Shown here piece after piece: positions 13,211 through 25,400 of a stretch of DNA of 64,000 nucleotides (within the stretch, counting starts at the first letter, position 1; every line of letters begins with the position of its first letter). This stretch comes from Tubiluchus corallicola (Eukaryota > Animalia > Priapulida). The notes beneath the pieces are model-generated. The model saw only the letters and a program-made list of their open reading frames with translations, was not told the origin of the DNA and made no database searches. Location of the stretch: NCBI GenBank assembly GCA_030141605.1, contig JAQGDQ010000069.1, forward strand, positions 662,686 to 726,685. The letters run 5' to 3'. Both the position numbers and the translations under genes were made by a program.

Positions 13211-13884
13211 AGCGGAAAAGCGGAGCCAATCTTAAACTGTAGTTCAAAACAATCTACATTATAAAATATTGAAAGTGAACATACTATTTTTTCAATAATG
13301 ACTTAATGTGAAAAAACTGCTATCACAGAAACGTAATTTCGTGATTAGTTCTTTGCTGTTTCTCCATTCGTTAGCTAGATTGGCACTAGCGCCTGCATAA
13401 CGGAAACGCGTTGCACAAAAAACAAGTGGTACACCGCTCAGTTCAGAGTTGTTCATTTGTGACGTAGCGCACACGTTCTAGAGCTCACGCGTGTGTACAG
13501 CGGTAAACTTTAAATTTTAAATTTTAAACTTTAAATTTGAAATGTTAAACTTTAAATTTTAAATTTTAAATGTTAAACTTTAAATGTTAAATTTTAAACT
13601 TTAAATTTTAAATGTTAAACTTTAAATTTTAAATTTTAAATTTTAAACTTAAAATTTGCCGAGTTTTTATATATCACACTGAATGTTGCACAGTACTTCA
13701 ATTTTCATGCAATTTTTGTGCTTTTAGAAATTATACTCAGTAGTGATGTCATCACTAGTTAATTAAGTTCTTAACTTATTACTTAATTATCTCAAACGCC
13801 TTGGCATTATTATAGGTGTTAAATTTTATGCTTTTTACCGTACTTCAAAATGGGAAAGGGTGTGGAAAATCATCCGGTTTTCCT
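13211..13884. mobile_element. Second copy of the same MITE, left end eroded, with internal 7-mer expansion
   Basis: Shares TCTTAAACTRTAG, AAAATATTGAAAG.GAACATACTATTTTT, GGAAACGC.TTGCACAAAAAACA, TTGCCGAGTTTT and GTGATGTCATCA with the 34.5 kb copy. Ends CCGGTTTTCCT|TTAA. Confidence 0.75.
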
Positions 13885-14000
13885 TTAAAATAATTGTATA
13901 TCTGATGGTACAAATTTGAAATTTTAATGTACAGATAGTAAAATAATATGAAGTTCCAAGGCGAATTATCAACAGGTTGCTGTGTGCGCACAGCGAACAA

Positions 14001-14125
14001 AATAAGCAAAGCCGCACCTAACCAACGAATGGATGGGTGACCATTGGCTCAACACTCGCTTTGGGTGGTTTAATACTACCATGGGTATTTAATATCGTTG
14101 ATGAAGGATGTATACAAATCTAAAC
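14001..14125 (+). mobile_element. Diverged copy of the 5S-related SINE-like element
   Basis: AATAAGCAA...GAATGGATGGGTGAC followed by ATGGG.ATTTA...TCGTTGA.GAAG, colinear with 51961-52070. Confidence 0.5.
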
Positions 14126-17100
14126 AAAGCCGAAACACCATAGCCATCTAACTGAGTATGCTCCGCTGTTGAGCGTTGGATCCATGTCAAACTGTACAGT
14201 AAATTATTAGAAAAAAGATTATCCAGAGAGTGTATCCTACATTTAAATGGCATACAAAAGCATGCAAGAAAGTAAGAATGAGAAAACATGCGAATAAACA
14301 ACTGAGTGAACGAAAAGGCGAACGAACAAACGAGCAAACAAACAACCGAAAAAGAAAGTATATTATACATAATTATCAATATTATTTGGTTGTTTAATAC
14401 AGTTTCATTGATTTGTATTTTATTTCATTTTATATTCGTATTTTACATGGTTTTAGCTGCCGAAAAAAATCGGAATTGAATTAAACGTGAATAACGGTTG
14501 CGTGTAAATAGGCAACTAAGGCAAGTTACCAGATAAAATCAAGTAAAAAATAAATAATAGCATAAATAAGCAAAACAAGTGGAGGCGCACAAAATAAGAT
14601 CAAAATTTTAAAACTATTGCTATTTTTGCGTTTTTGTTTAAATATACACCAGCTTGCTTACACCAGCAGTAACCCCCCTCGCAAATTTCACGCATACCCC
14701 GCGGGTAGTTTCTTGTCTCAAATTGAATTGCTGGCGTGGGACGTTTCTCTGTACTTTAATCCTATTGTGTTGACTGGCCTGATGACTCTAATCGTCTGTA
14801 AGTTCTGATGGAATTTTATATTAACTTTCGTTGGTTAATGCAGGCGCGGCATTAAAGACGTCAAAACGATTACACATGGCCAAATCATGGCTATGGGGGT
14901 AGACTAATATTCAGCTAAGGTGGTACTTATTTGACAGAGGGCTAGAGACAGCCGAGTAATTACTTAAAGTCCTATTTTTAAGAAAGCCTTGATGGAGTTT
15001 GCCTATTTGCTGTTCAATGCCGCCCAAATTTCCTAGTATGACAGCTCCAAATAAAACTTTGTGGTTTAATTTGTGTTTTTTATCAAATCACACTGCCATT
15101 TGCATATTAAAATGTCCTCTTTTGATAGTTAGTTAAATTAGTTAATTAGTTACTTTAGTTAGTTAGCTGGTAGTTACATTTGTGGAGTAATTTGCGATTT
15201 TAACTACAAAGCGTATAGGACAAAGGACTAATATCGTAAGTTTCACAGTTGAACAATTAATTTTTTTGAAATTGTATTGAATGGAAACTTAACAATTTAA
15301 AGGTGAAATTTCACAATGTATAAGCTTAATCGTTAATAAACATTTGATCTCACTTTCTAAGCCTACTATTGGCCTCAAAAATGTCTCGGATTAATAAAAG
15401 CTAAAATTATTGCTAGAATTACTCAAACTACTTTCTATTGAGATGACAAACAGCTAATAAAGGATTTTATAATAAATATCATTATAATTTTTCATTTCAA
15501 AAATATAATTTTAAAATAACAACCGTCTTTTCACTAAAATTCGTCGTTTGTGAAGAAGATTTTTTCGGCATTATCCTTGATCATTTTAATTTTGGCATTT
15601 TATTTTGACAACATTCGCGCACGACTCACTTCTTAATAAACTTCTTAATGACAGCATGTGTGGCGAGTTAGATTTTCCAATTTGTTTTGAAAGGAAACCG
15701 CACCGTATCCCATGTTTCCCTAAAACGCTCGTCGTTTTTCCCAAACTACCCACATAACACGGCTACAACTCTCCACTCACGAGCCGTGTTATTTCAGCTT
15801 GCTTAGGAGACATCTTGCCCGAACTACACATGACGATGATGATCATAATATTTTGTATATCTGGCGTAACATTTTCTGAGTCACGGGCAGCCCATAGGGG
15901 AGAGAAGGTCAGTTACACCTCTTTCTTGAAACTGGCCTCTGTTGTGTGCATATCAAGTGCCCACAATTTGCCGATTTGAACATTACAAATGGCTGTTTCA
16001 AAACAGAAAAAAGTTTTCTCATTGTGTTCGTTTTGGAGGCGAGACCAGACTCAGCCAGCACCCTTGGTCGAGTTTCTGGATCCGCCACTCTGGATGGCTC
16101 TAATGTGGTAGTGAAAGTCGGATTGCAAGAATTTCTTTCTCTTCAGCCACCCCGCGAGTTGCTGGCGCCTGGACCATATAAACTGTAAGATGTGACCCAG
16201 TGAATTAGCCAATGCGTCGTGTCCTCACTGTGTGGTTTGTTTAGTATGAAGAAAAATCGTGTCTAGCGACTCAGTTATGCCGCACATGAAGAGAAAAAAT
16301 GGCGCGACACAAAGCGTTTAAAAATGCTTGCATGACAACGAAGTTCGACAAAAAACTCTATAAATGTTTGCAAGAAAATGACCCGATTTTAAATAACTAC
16401 ACATGTCTATTTCGTGATTTTTCTTTTGTGAAATTATTAAACTGCTTTATTTTCAAGTAAGTATCATTTTAGTACGTGTAATTTTATCTCTTTTTAACCC
16501 CCTTTTTGGTTATTAGTCCTTGTTATTGTTGTTGTTACATTTGCAAGAAACGCTATATTAAAAAATAAAGTTTGTTGTTTGAAGTGTTTCTCTTTTCAAC
16601 AGCTGACACCTGATTAGTGTTTAACTGAATTGGAAAATATATATATTTATATATATATATATATTTCACGTATAGCTCGTAATTTCGGAATTCTGAAACT
16701 TTTTTAGCTACGCTGAACTTTAGATTTTTGTCCTAAACCGTCATTGTCTTTCAAACACGTGCAAACAGACTATCAACATCCTCATACTGGGTTGTTGCAG
16801 CATTTAATCTACCAGTTATTTACGAGTTAGTTAATTTTGCTATTTTCGAAGAAAGTCAGCGATTTTGCTTGGCTTGCAAGTAAGATAAACCAATAAACCA
16901 AGACAATTTAGAGTACTTCCACTAGACAATGCTACTACCACAAGCGTTTCTAGTAAAATTGGGTCTTTGTCGGTCGGGCAACAGATTTGCTTTTAAATTG
17001 AAATTGGTACATTTTATGCTAAAATCGCTTGTTCTTGAAATTAAAAAGATCTTATCGCCTTCCTTAGCGTTCCAGTGCGTCTATTGTTTATGCACCATTA

Positions 17101-17719
17101 GAATATTCTCTGATATTTTACGAGAGATCGCAGCTCTCGTGGCGCCGATAAAGTCTTTTAACGGCCAGTATTGACAGCCTAGAATAAAATCTGAGAATTT
17201 TCATGGGCGACCGCAAATCGGAGGCTCACTCCTCGGCTCCAAGCCTCTGATTTATCACCCAGGGCGACCATTAATGCGCCATTGTTTATTTAAGATTTTC
17301 TCCCTAATGGGTAGTTTAAAAAAGACCACCATATCATCAGCCGCATGATCAGTCTACGGCACAATGCCAAAGGTATTAAGGAAAACGCTTTCAAGTTTAA
17401 AGAGCTGGAATAATTGCTTGGATCCTGGATTGAAAACTTGCACGTCTCTTGCTACAATTATCTCATGTAGCAAAGTAATAATGAAGTAGAGTTAAAATGG
17501 AATACTGTGATTTTTTTGTTAATGTTTTTCGTGAAGTCGACGTACATGACAAGAGGGGCGATTAGTAAAGTTTACTTTATAGTTTGCAAAAAATAGTGGA
17601 CCTTGGTCTAAGCAGTGCTCGATTTAGGCTTACTACTTCATATATTTTAAAATGACTGCATGTGCTGTGTATTAGTACTTTACTAATACTTCAATATAGT
17701 AGGTCAATATAATGGCATA

Positions 17720-18868
17720 AATTGTCCAACCCCCCAAAAATTGCAAGAAAACGAGTTATTATGACGTAATATTTGGTCGGGGCAATAGCTTAACAAAAAC
17801 AGGCCAAAATTGGAGTATCACAAAGGGTCTGATTATAATGTCAAAAATGGTGAAATCAGAATGATGAAAAGATGCTCATTTTCTCTCAGAAGCAGGAAAC
17901 TTTGCACAATGCTAGAACCTGTTATGAAGTCACTCGAAATTCGTCCAATATGGCCGCAATTTTCAAGATGGCCGACAATATGGCTGTTTCTAGCTTATAT
18001 AGGTTGTAGCTTACCTATCAGAGCAGATAGGATGATGATTCTGATGTCTAAATATAGGTTTTCAAGGTCAAGGATGCTGATCTATAACTGATGCTTAAGT
18101 GCCCCTATAATGTCACCCCATTTCAAAATGGTTGCTACGATAGCTGTAAATGCTGCACAAAATGGCAGAATTGCTCTTTTTGCCTTAAAGAGCACGAAAC
18201 TTTGCACAATGAAATCCACCTGTTTTGTCAATTGACACGCAAGTACTGGCATAAGTTAACAATTTTACTTGTTTACTTTGGATATCCAGATCCCCAGCGA
18301 CAACCCAAGTTAGATCTGAGATTTAAGAATAAAGGTTTTAAGAGAACTGAATCTCAGTAAAGTCAGTGGAAAAAAGGCACATTGTGTGGGATGCAGCCAT
18401 CTAGCTATCCACTTCTCTAGGCTCCGCGTGCACTCACGTAACTTGAGTGCTATAATTACTGACCTATCAAAAATGAAACGAGATTTTATTCCATCCATGT
18501 GCAGTAGGGGGCACTAAAGTATCAGGGTTTTCGTCAATGTAGGCCGCGTGTGTATAATTACCAAAAAATGAATAAAGAATAAGAGAAGTGTTTTATTTCA
18601 TGCGGCCATTCTGGTGTCATTTGAATGACGACACGTGTCGTGTATTATACAAATTGGCAAAACGTGAATAGGAGGGAATGTAACCATGTCGCCTGTCACT
18701 GTACCTTAAAGCTTAATCTACCTTGTCCCACTTTCGTTTATGTACAAACATATTTTAAAAGGTTTTAGCTCGCTTTTTACATACGAAAACGTAAAGGAAT
18801 GAATTGTGCAACTCCCCCAAAAAAATGCAAGGAAACGATTTATAGAGTTTTTTTGTAATATTTGTTCG
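17720..18868. repeat. Eroded interspersed repeat with about 60-bp direct repeats and an internal duplication
   Basis: AATTGT.CAAC(T)CCCCCAAAAA..TGCAAG.AAACGA at 17720 and 18802; GCA.GAAACTTTGCACAATG at about 17892 and 18191; several ATGGCCG/AAAATGG motifs. Confidence 0.5.
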
Positions 18869-19312
18869 ACAAAACATAAAGTAAAACAGACTCCTTATTC
18901 AGACTTTAGAGATTCAGTGTGCATTTTTTGTAATAGCAAGACTTAAAAGAACAAACTATTTAAAAAAAAAATACAACGAGATTTAAGCAAGAACATCAAC
19001 TTGTTTAATTACACTGAGTGTTGCTACAACCTTTGACAGAGGTCAATAGACAACTCAAAGGCTTCCCAGACGTTTTCCAAGCATGCTTGCAGTAAAACTT
19101 AAGCAGAAATTTCTCTAGGCTGTCCTCAAAGCAAATAACTCTCAGCCGCAATACCTCATTTTTCTCGTGGACATATCTCTGTGATGTTAGAATAAAGATT
19201 AGGATCTTGTACAGTCAGAAGTGAGGCGTTCAGTCAAAGAGCAGCCATTATCTTAGTTATAAATCAACTCTTAAATTGTCTGTAGAGAGAGCGAGAACGT
19301 TTGGCTTGCTGT

Positions 19313-19554
19313 AGAGAGGAAGAGAAAGAAAAGACAGAGAGAGAGAGAGAGGGAGGGAGCGCGAGAGAGCTTAAGAGAGAGAGAGAGAGAGAGATAGAGG
19401 GAGGTAGAGAGCGCGAGAGAGCTTGAGAGAGAGAGAGAGAGAGATAGAGGGAGGGAGGGAATGTGTATGAGAGAGTATATTGGAAGAGAGCGAAATAGAG
19501 GGACAGAGAAAGAAGACAGAAGGGGGTGTGTCAGAGTATAACAGGGAGAAAGAA

Positions 19555-19645
<91 letters not shown>

Positions 19646-19759
19646 GAGAAAGAAAGATAGGGGATGGTAGAGTAAGGGAGAAAGGAAGGAAAACCGAGGG
19701 AGGAAAAGAGAGAGAGAAAGATAGGGGGTGGTAGAGTAAGGGAGAAAGGAAGGAAAACC

Positions 19760-19855
<96 letters not shown>

Positions 19856-19872
19856 GAGATTGGAGGGAGAGA
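19313..19872. repeat. Compound (GA)n tract with internal 64-bp-period duplication
   Basis: AGATAGGGG.TGGTAGAGTAAGGGAGAAAGGAAGGAAAACCGAGGGAG at 19655 and 19719. Confidence 0.95.
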
Positions 19873-20874
19873 GTACGATAACAGGATTCTTAGCAATAAA
19901 AAAGAGACAATGATGTTTTTTGCTTGATTAAATCCTGAGCATGCCAGAATTCAACTGTGTGCTTAATATAGGAACGGCATGAATGTGGAACATGTATATA
20001 GTTTCCTCCCGACATGGAATACCCGATCACCCACGGTGCTCATCTTTTCGCATGATTCCGCACCTTTTCTCCGTCTCCTCGGCCATCCATCTACCGTCGA
20101 CGTCTGACGCCGGTCTACATAAACCATCACCACCAGCGTTTATTTAATCCTGTCTTCTGCCACTTTCTGACCGCCCAAGCAGAGGGAGGCAGGAAAGTCA
20201 GTGTAAGAGCCACATGTTTTCAGCGAAGAAGTGGCCTCAGATAAACTTTGTTAGAACTTAATTACCTTTGATGGCACAATGCTTCGCTAGGACCCTCAAC
20301 TGCTGGGAAAAGGAGATTTCTTAGTCGCCTCAACTCGTTTCCTAAAAGCTCGGACGACTTTATCAGCTGATTCATGCAACTTTTTAACCCGAAAACCGTT
20401 CACTCGCTGCTTAATTGACTAGTTTCTTAGTTCATTGGTAGTCCATTTACATGTAGAAGGCAACTACGAAACTACTGCAGATCCACTACAAGATGCCCGT
20501 GTTTAGCTATTTCACATATCATTTGACTGATTTTCTGATCACTTAGTTTAATAGCCAACTGTCTGTAAATAGCCCTACTGGCTAGTTACCCTATCGCCTG
20601 TTTGATTAGAATTTTAACTTTTTGTCGAATCCTACGGACAACCAGTACCTTATCTATTGTAATGGGGAGCTGGTTAGCTTTCAGCTTCTTAGTCCTTTTT
20701 AGCCTAAAACATCCTAGGGTCTAGTGCTTTGGTGCTTTGGGGTGTTTGTAAACTTAGTTATCACACTGACTTACTAGTTTGTTTTTTGTTAGTAGGCCTT
20801 CATTTGAATGTTGTGATTCAGGTGCAGGTATCTCACAATGTTATTAGACTCATTTTAGTTATTTCTTTTCATTT

Positions 20875-21073
20875 AGATAGATAGTAAATGCAATTTATTA
20901 GCACAAAAAATATTTGGCAGTCTTTGAGTTGATCGGCAATTTACATTCGGTGAGGTAGAAGTTCACTCCACAGACCTAAGCTGCAATGTAACAGGGAAGG
21001 GAAAACATAATTTAGCTTTCGTGTAAAAATGGTCAGAGTTGGTTAGGATGGCCTTATGAAATCTTAACTTTTA
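20875..21073 (-). mobile_element. Possible 3' end of an L2-like LINE
   Basis: The minus strand reads like a frameshifted ORF2 C-terminus (FHKAILTNSDH...KDCQIF), then AATAAA and a short TATC tail. Weak evidence. Confidence 0.25.
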
Positions 21074-22297
21074 GCAAATTAATGATTGAATGAATGATGT
21101 GCTTGTAGTGAGAAAAATAACGCATCAAGGATGATTAAGCTGCGCGCGCATCTGCTGCAGCGCAGTGAAGCCCTCGGCAGTGAACCCCTACACATAACCA
21201 TCGGCGCCAATGGTTATGTGTAGCAAAAGCCAAATGATTGTCATAACTTCAACATGAGTTGTTAAAAAGCGGTGCTTGATGCTGGGGCGGCTTCCGTCCA
21301 AAGGTTGCTCTACTCATTAGACCCCTTTTGCCATTTTTCAACTTCAAAAGTAATCATAAATGCGCCAACTGTACGTTGGACTTTCTGAAAGCAATGAAAG
21401 TTTTTCTCGGTTGGGCGACCCCAGTCAAGCTTGGTTCCTGTCTTGTGGGTTACGCCCTTATCTAGGGCTGGTCCTTTGTGGAGCTGAGCGTCATGGTTTG
21501 TTTATGTCTGCCCTCTACTCATCACCGCCGCAGGGAGACACCAGTATTCCAACTGTACAAATACCCCATCTGTGTTTAGATGTGTTTTCTGCGAGCCTCT
21601 GATTGAAATTGAACTTCAATAAACTGCTAGATGCCATTAGGACTTGGAAGAGCAGAAGCTTTAACGTCAAGCCTTAAATGTTCGAAGCCTTATACCGCTC
21701 ACAATTTAACGCATCCATGGCCAGAATAAAGGGGCGGTTAGAGTTAATGATTTGCGAGGGTTGTTTCCAGCTTTCAATTTTATGACATGTAGATATTGTT
21801 TCTTGGCACAGGACAAGGGTTACTTTGCTGTACTTTTTGAATTCTTGCTTAGCGCATGGTAATATTAAAGGGAAGAAAGGGAATTTTAAAGCACGGTTTG
21901 TCCTAAAAAAACTTCCATACAAAGTAATGTTACTTAGCATTACACTTACCTGTTTGAAAGACGAGTAAGCTAAGCATATTAAATTACTCGTTATTTTTTC
22001 CTTCAGAATTTATGATTAAAGGTTTTGTCTCAAATTATTTTTCCATTTATAAGTAAAAATGATGTCAAAATCCAAGTTGTCTATTTGTTTAATCAGACAT
22101 CTCGATCTAACTAAAAATGCAGAAACATAAATATGTTTTGTTCTTTAAACTTCTTCGTAAAAATTTATTTTCTTGCTCAAAAGCTAAAATTAATGATTAG
22201 TCAATTAATAACATTGTGATTTCGAAGCCTAGTTTATTGCGTTGTGATAAGTCAGTTACGGTTACTACAGTTAATAAAAAATATTTTTTCCTTCTAG

Positions 22298-22443
22298 AGG
22301 GTCGCGAATGCGTGAACTGCGGGGCGACGTCAACGCCGCTCTGGCGGAGGGATGGCACAGGACACTACTTGTGCAATGCTTGCGGATTGTATCACAAAAT
22401 GAATGGACAGAATCGACCGCTAATAAAACCCAAAAGAAGACTG
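22298..22443 (+). CDS. GATA1/2/3: GATA1/2/3-class transcription factor, coding exon 3 (N-terminal zinc finger)
   Basis: Acceptor TTTTTTCCTTCTAG, phase 1. Encodes [49 protein letters not shown], the GATA1/2/3-type N-finger. Donor GTAGGT at 22444, phase 0. Confidence 0.98.
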
Positions 22444-25400
22444 GTAGGTTCAGTTCATTTATTTTTATCTACTTGATTATTTTAGGATGATTGGATGTGA
22501 TCCAGACAATTGCCTCCTCGTGGAAGCGATTTTGTGGCATGAACACAAAAATGAACCTCTTTCTTGGATATTCTAGCGGCTTCAATAACCTAAAGATTTA
22601 CGACTGTTACCACCATAATCACCACCATTAACACCAACGTTGGTGCCACTTGTGCCTCTGGCACCATAACCACTACCACTACTAATATTTACTCTATAAG
22701 TATGCAATATACCTAATATAATATACCATGTATACCAAGGTATGTACGTGGGGTACATACTTTGGGATATATAATAATATAAATATATAATATAATAATA
22801 TAATATGTAATATAATATACCATGTATCCCATGTTTGTACAAAGACTGTAACTGGTAATTTTTGTAAGTCAATGTTGCTGTCTCGTTTCGTTTCTAATTA
22901 AATCATTGCTAATCGCTCTTTTACAGACTTTACATTTCAGCCTGAATGACAGCTCTTAATGAAAATACGAAATAAGCGTTTACAGTGTCAGGCATAATTA
23001 CTTAATTGCCACACTAAATGCTGCGATGGGTGTTTGGGAGATGCAGTCAGTTAAGCTAACATCTGTTGCCATTAATTACCTTATAATTAATGAGTGATTT
23101 ATGAGGTATTTTGTTAAGAGACTACAAGCATGATACACTATACAAATGTACAAAATATATTAATATGGAATTAATTACGCATTTTATAAATAAATTAATG
23201 AATGATAAATTAACAAACACATAAATAAATAAAGGAATTAACAGACAAATAAATAAATAAAACAAAAATTATTTAATTAAACAATAAATTAGCTAATAAG
23301 TAAATAAATGATGTCTTCTGTTTTCAGTTTGACGATGTTATTTCTTTTTCAGGGAATTATTTTCTCAGTTATCAATAGCTTAATTACCTGCCTGCATTAA
23401 TTAGTTAATTAATAATTACATTTTAGCCGATTACATGAGTAAATAAATAAATAACAACCAACCAACAAACAAATAAATACATATATAATAAAGCAAATTA
23501 GGGAAACAAAACTAACTGCTTCTTTACATTCTTGTATTTTTTTGAACAACAGTGCACATACGTATATTGTTATGCGTAAACCTATCTTATTTGTTGTTAA
23601 TTAACATGATTAAACTTCTACTAATTATTGTTCTATAATTTACCTGTTGTGAGATTAGAAAAATCAATTTCGTACTTGCCAAATCTATTTTAACTACGTT
23701 TACTGTGCAAAAACTCCCAAACGTTGAGATCAATTTCAACTTGCTGGATACTTATCTCCAGTTTTTGACTATATACGCATCACCGTACGTGGGGCGGGGC
23801 GGGGCGCTGAGGGCGAAGAAGATTTCACAAAGGTGCAGAAGGAAATAGCCTTAGCCCGAGTGATATCCAAAATAAGTACACATAATCATTTAGAATATAG
23901 ATTATAATCACCATTTAAAAAACAAAATATTTTTGCGTGTAGGCAATCTTTAGGCATACGTGTTAGTTTATTTGGTCCAGATTAGGCAGTTTTTAAAACT
24001 GGTATATGAATCTTCACCGTGTAATTTTACGTACAAACAGAAATTACGTACGCACAGAAAAATAAAATAATATAAATATAAACAAATTTAAATAGATATA
24101 CATACATACAAATACATATAACTAACATATATGCCTTAAAATCATCACTTCCACGGAGATACAATAACAACAGTTTACTATTACTATATTGTAAAGTATT
24201 AATATTTAAAGGCAATAACATGTTATTTAAGTGACTGAACATAGCATTGTATATATTTTTATATTTGTTTATATATATACATATTTGTATTCAATATAAC
24301 ATTATAGTGATTGCAATAGCCATAATATATAAATGGAGGAAGTCCAAATTATAATAACCTTCGCTAAAAAATCATGAGTTTAACAAAATTCAACTTGTGT
24401 TTTCACTGAGCAAACATGCAAATACTTTCAGACATATTTTTCTATTGTTTAAGAAATTCAAAAGAAATACATATGTAATAGTGACCATGTTTTCCATGTG
24501 GGTCTATGTTTTTCTTTTGCAAACATGACTGTTACCATGTCAGTGTATTGATAAGCATATACGTAAAAGTATGTAAGAACTTTTGAGGAGGTTTAGTGAA
24601 CAAAATTTGATAAAAAGCACTATAATTAACTTTAAAATTAATAAAAGTTAAAAACAATTCCGTACAAGAAACACTTTAATTGCAGAACACCCTCCCTCCC
24701 TCCCGAAACTCCATGCTGATGCCCGTATGGCTATATGTTTTAATTTCGATTATTTTGGGAGTTAGAAGTTACTCACTTTTATAATACGCATTTGCTAATT
24801 GCATCCCCATGATGCGTGCTTCTCGAACAGCTGCGTACATGCAAGTTTTGCATGACCTGGAATTTTAAAATTATAATTTCATGTGTATAATGTCTGTCTT
24901 CATTACCATCAAAGTAGATTTATCTTGTAATAAAATCTTAAACTGTAGTTCGTCGTTATTGTAACAGTTATTTGTGCATTGATATTTTAACTTACTTTTA
25001 TCAACTATTTCTATCTATATGCCTGTGTTCGAAAAACGTTAGAATTAAAGAGACTTAATATAGGGTATATAAAAAGCTGTCCATTCTGATTAAGTGTGTA
25101 TTAAGGGCCAATCTATAAGAGTTTCGGGGGGTGCTCAGAGAAATAGGTGGCATAAAAATTAAACAGCTAAATGGCTAATATCGTATGTAAACAAACCACA
25201 AAGTGCACCCAAATGTCACTGAAATACAAATTTCTACTATTCTAAATTCGTAAACCTGTAGAATATGAATCCACATTTCATATAGGACTATACTGTTGGA
25301 ATATGACACCTCCATGTTTTTCCGCCCCTTCTCTTCTTTTTCTTTCTATATTTCTTTTGTCTCCTCCTCTTCTTCCGATTTTTCATTGTGATTAAATTGT

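Noticed and set aside
22292-22300. NAGNAG alternative acceptor as in vertebrate GATA3 (with or without Glu before the N-finger)
   Set aside because: The sequence is TAG|AG. The second AG is 2 nt downstream and would frameshift.
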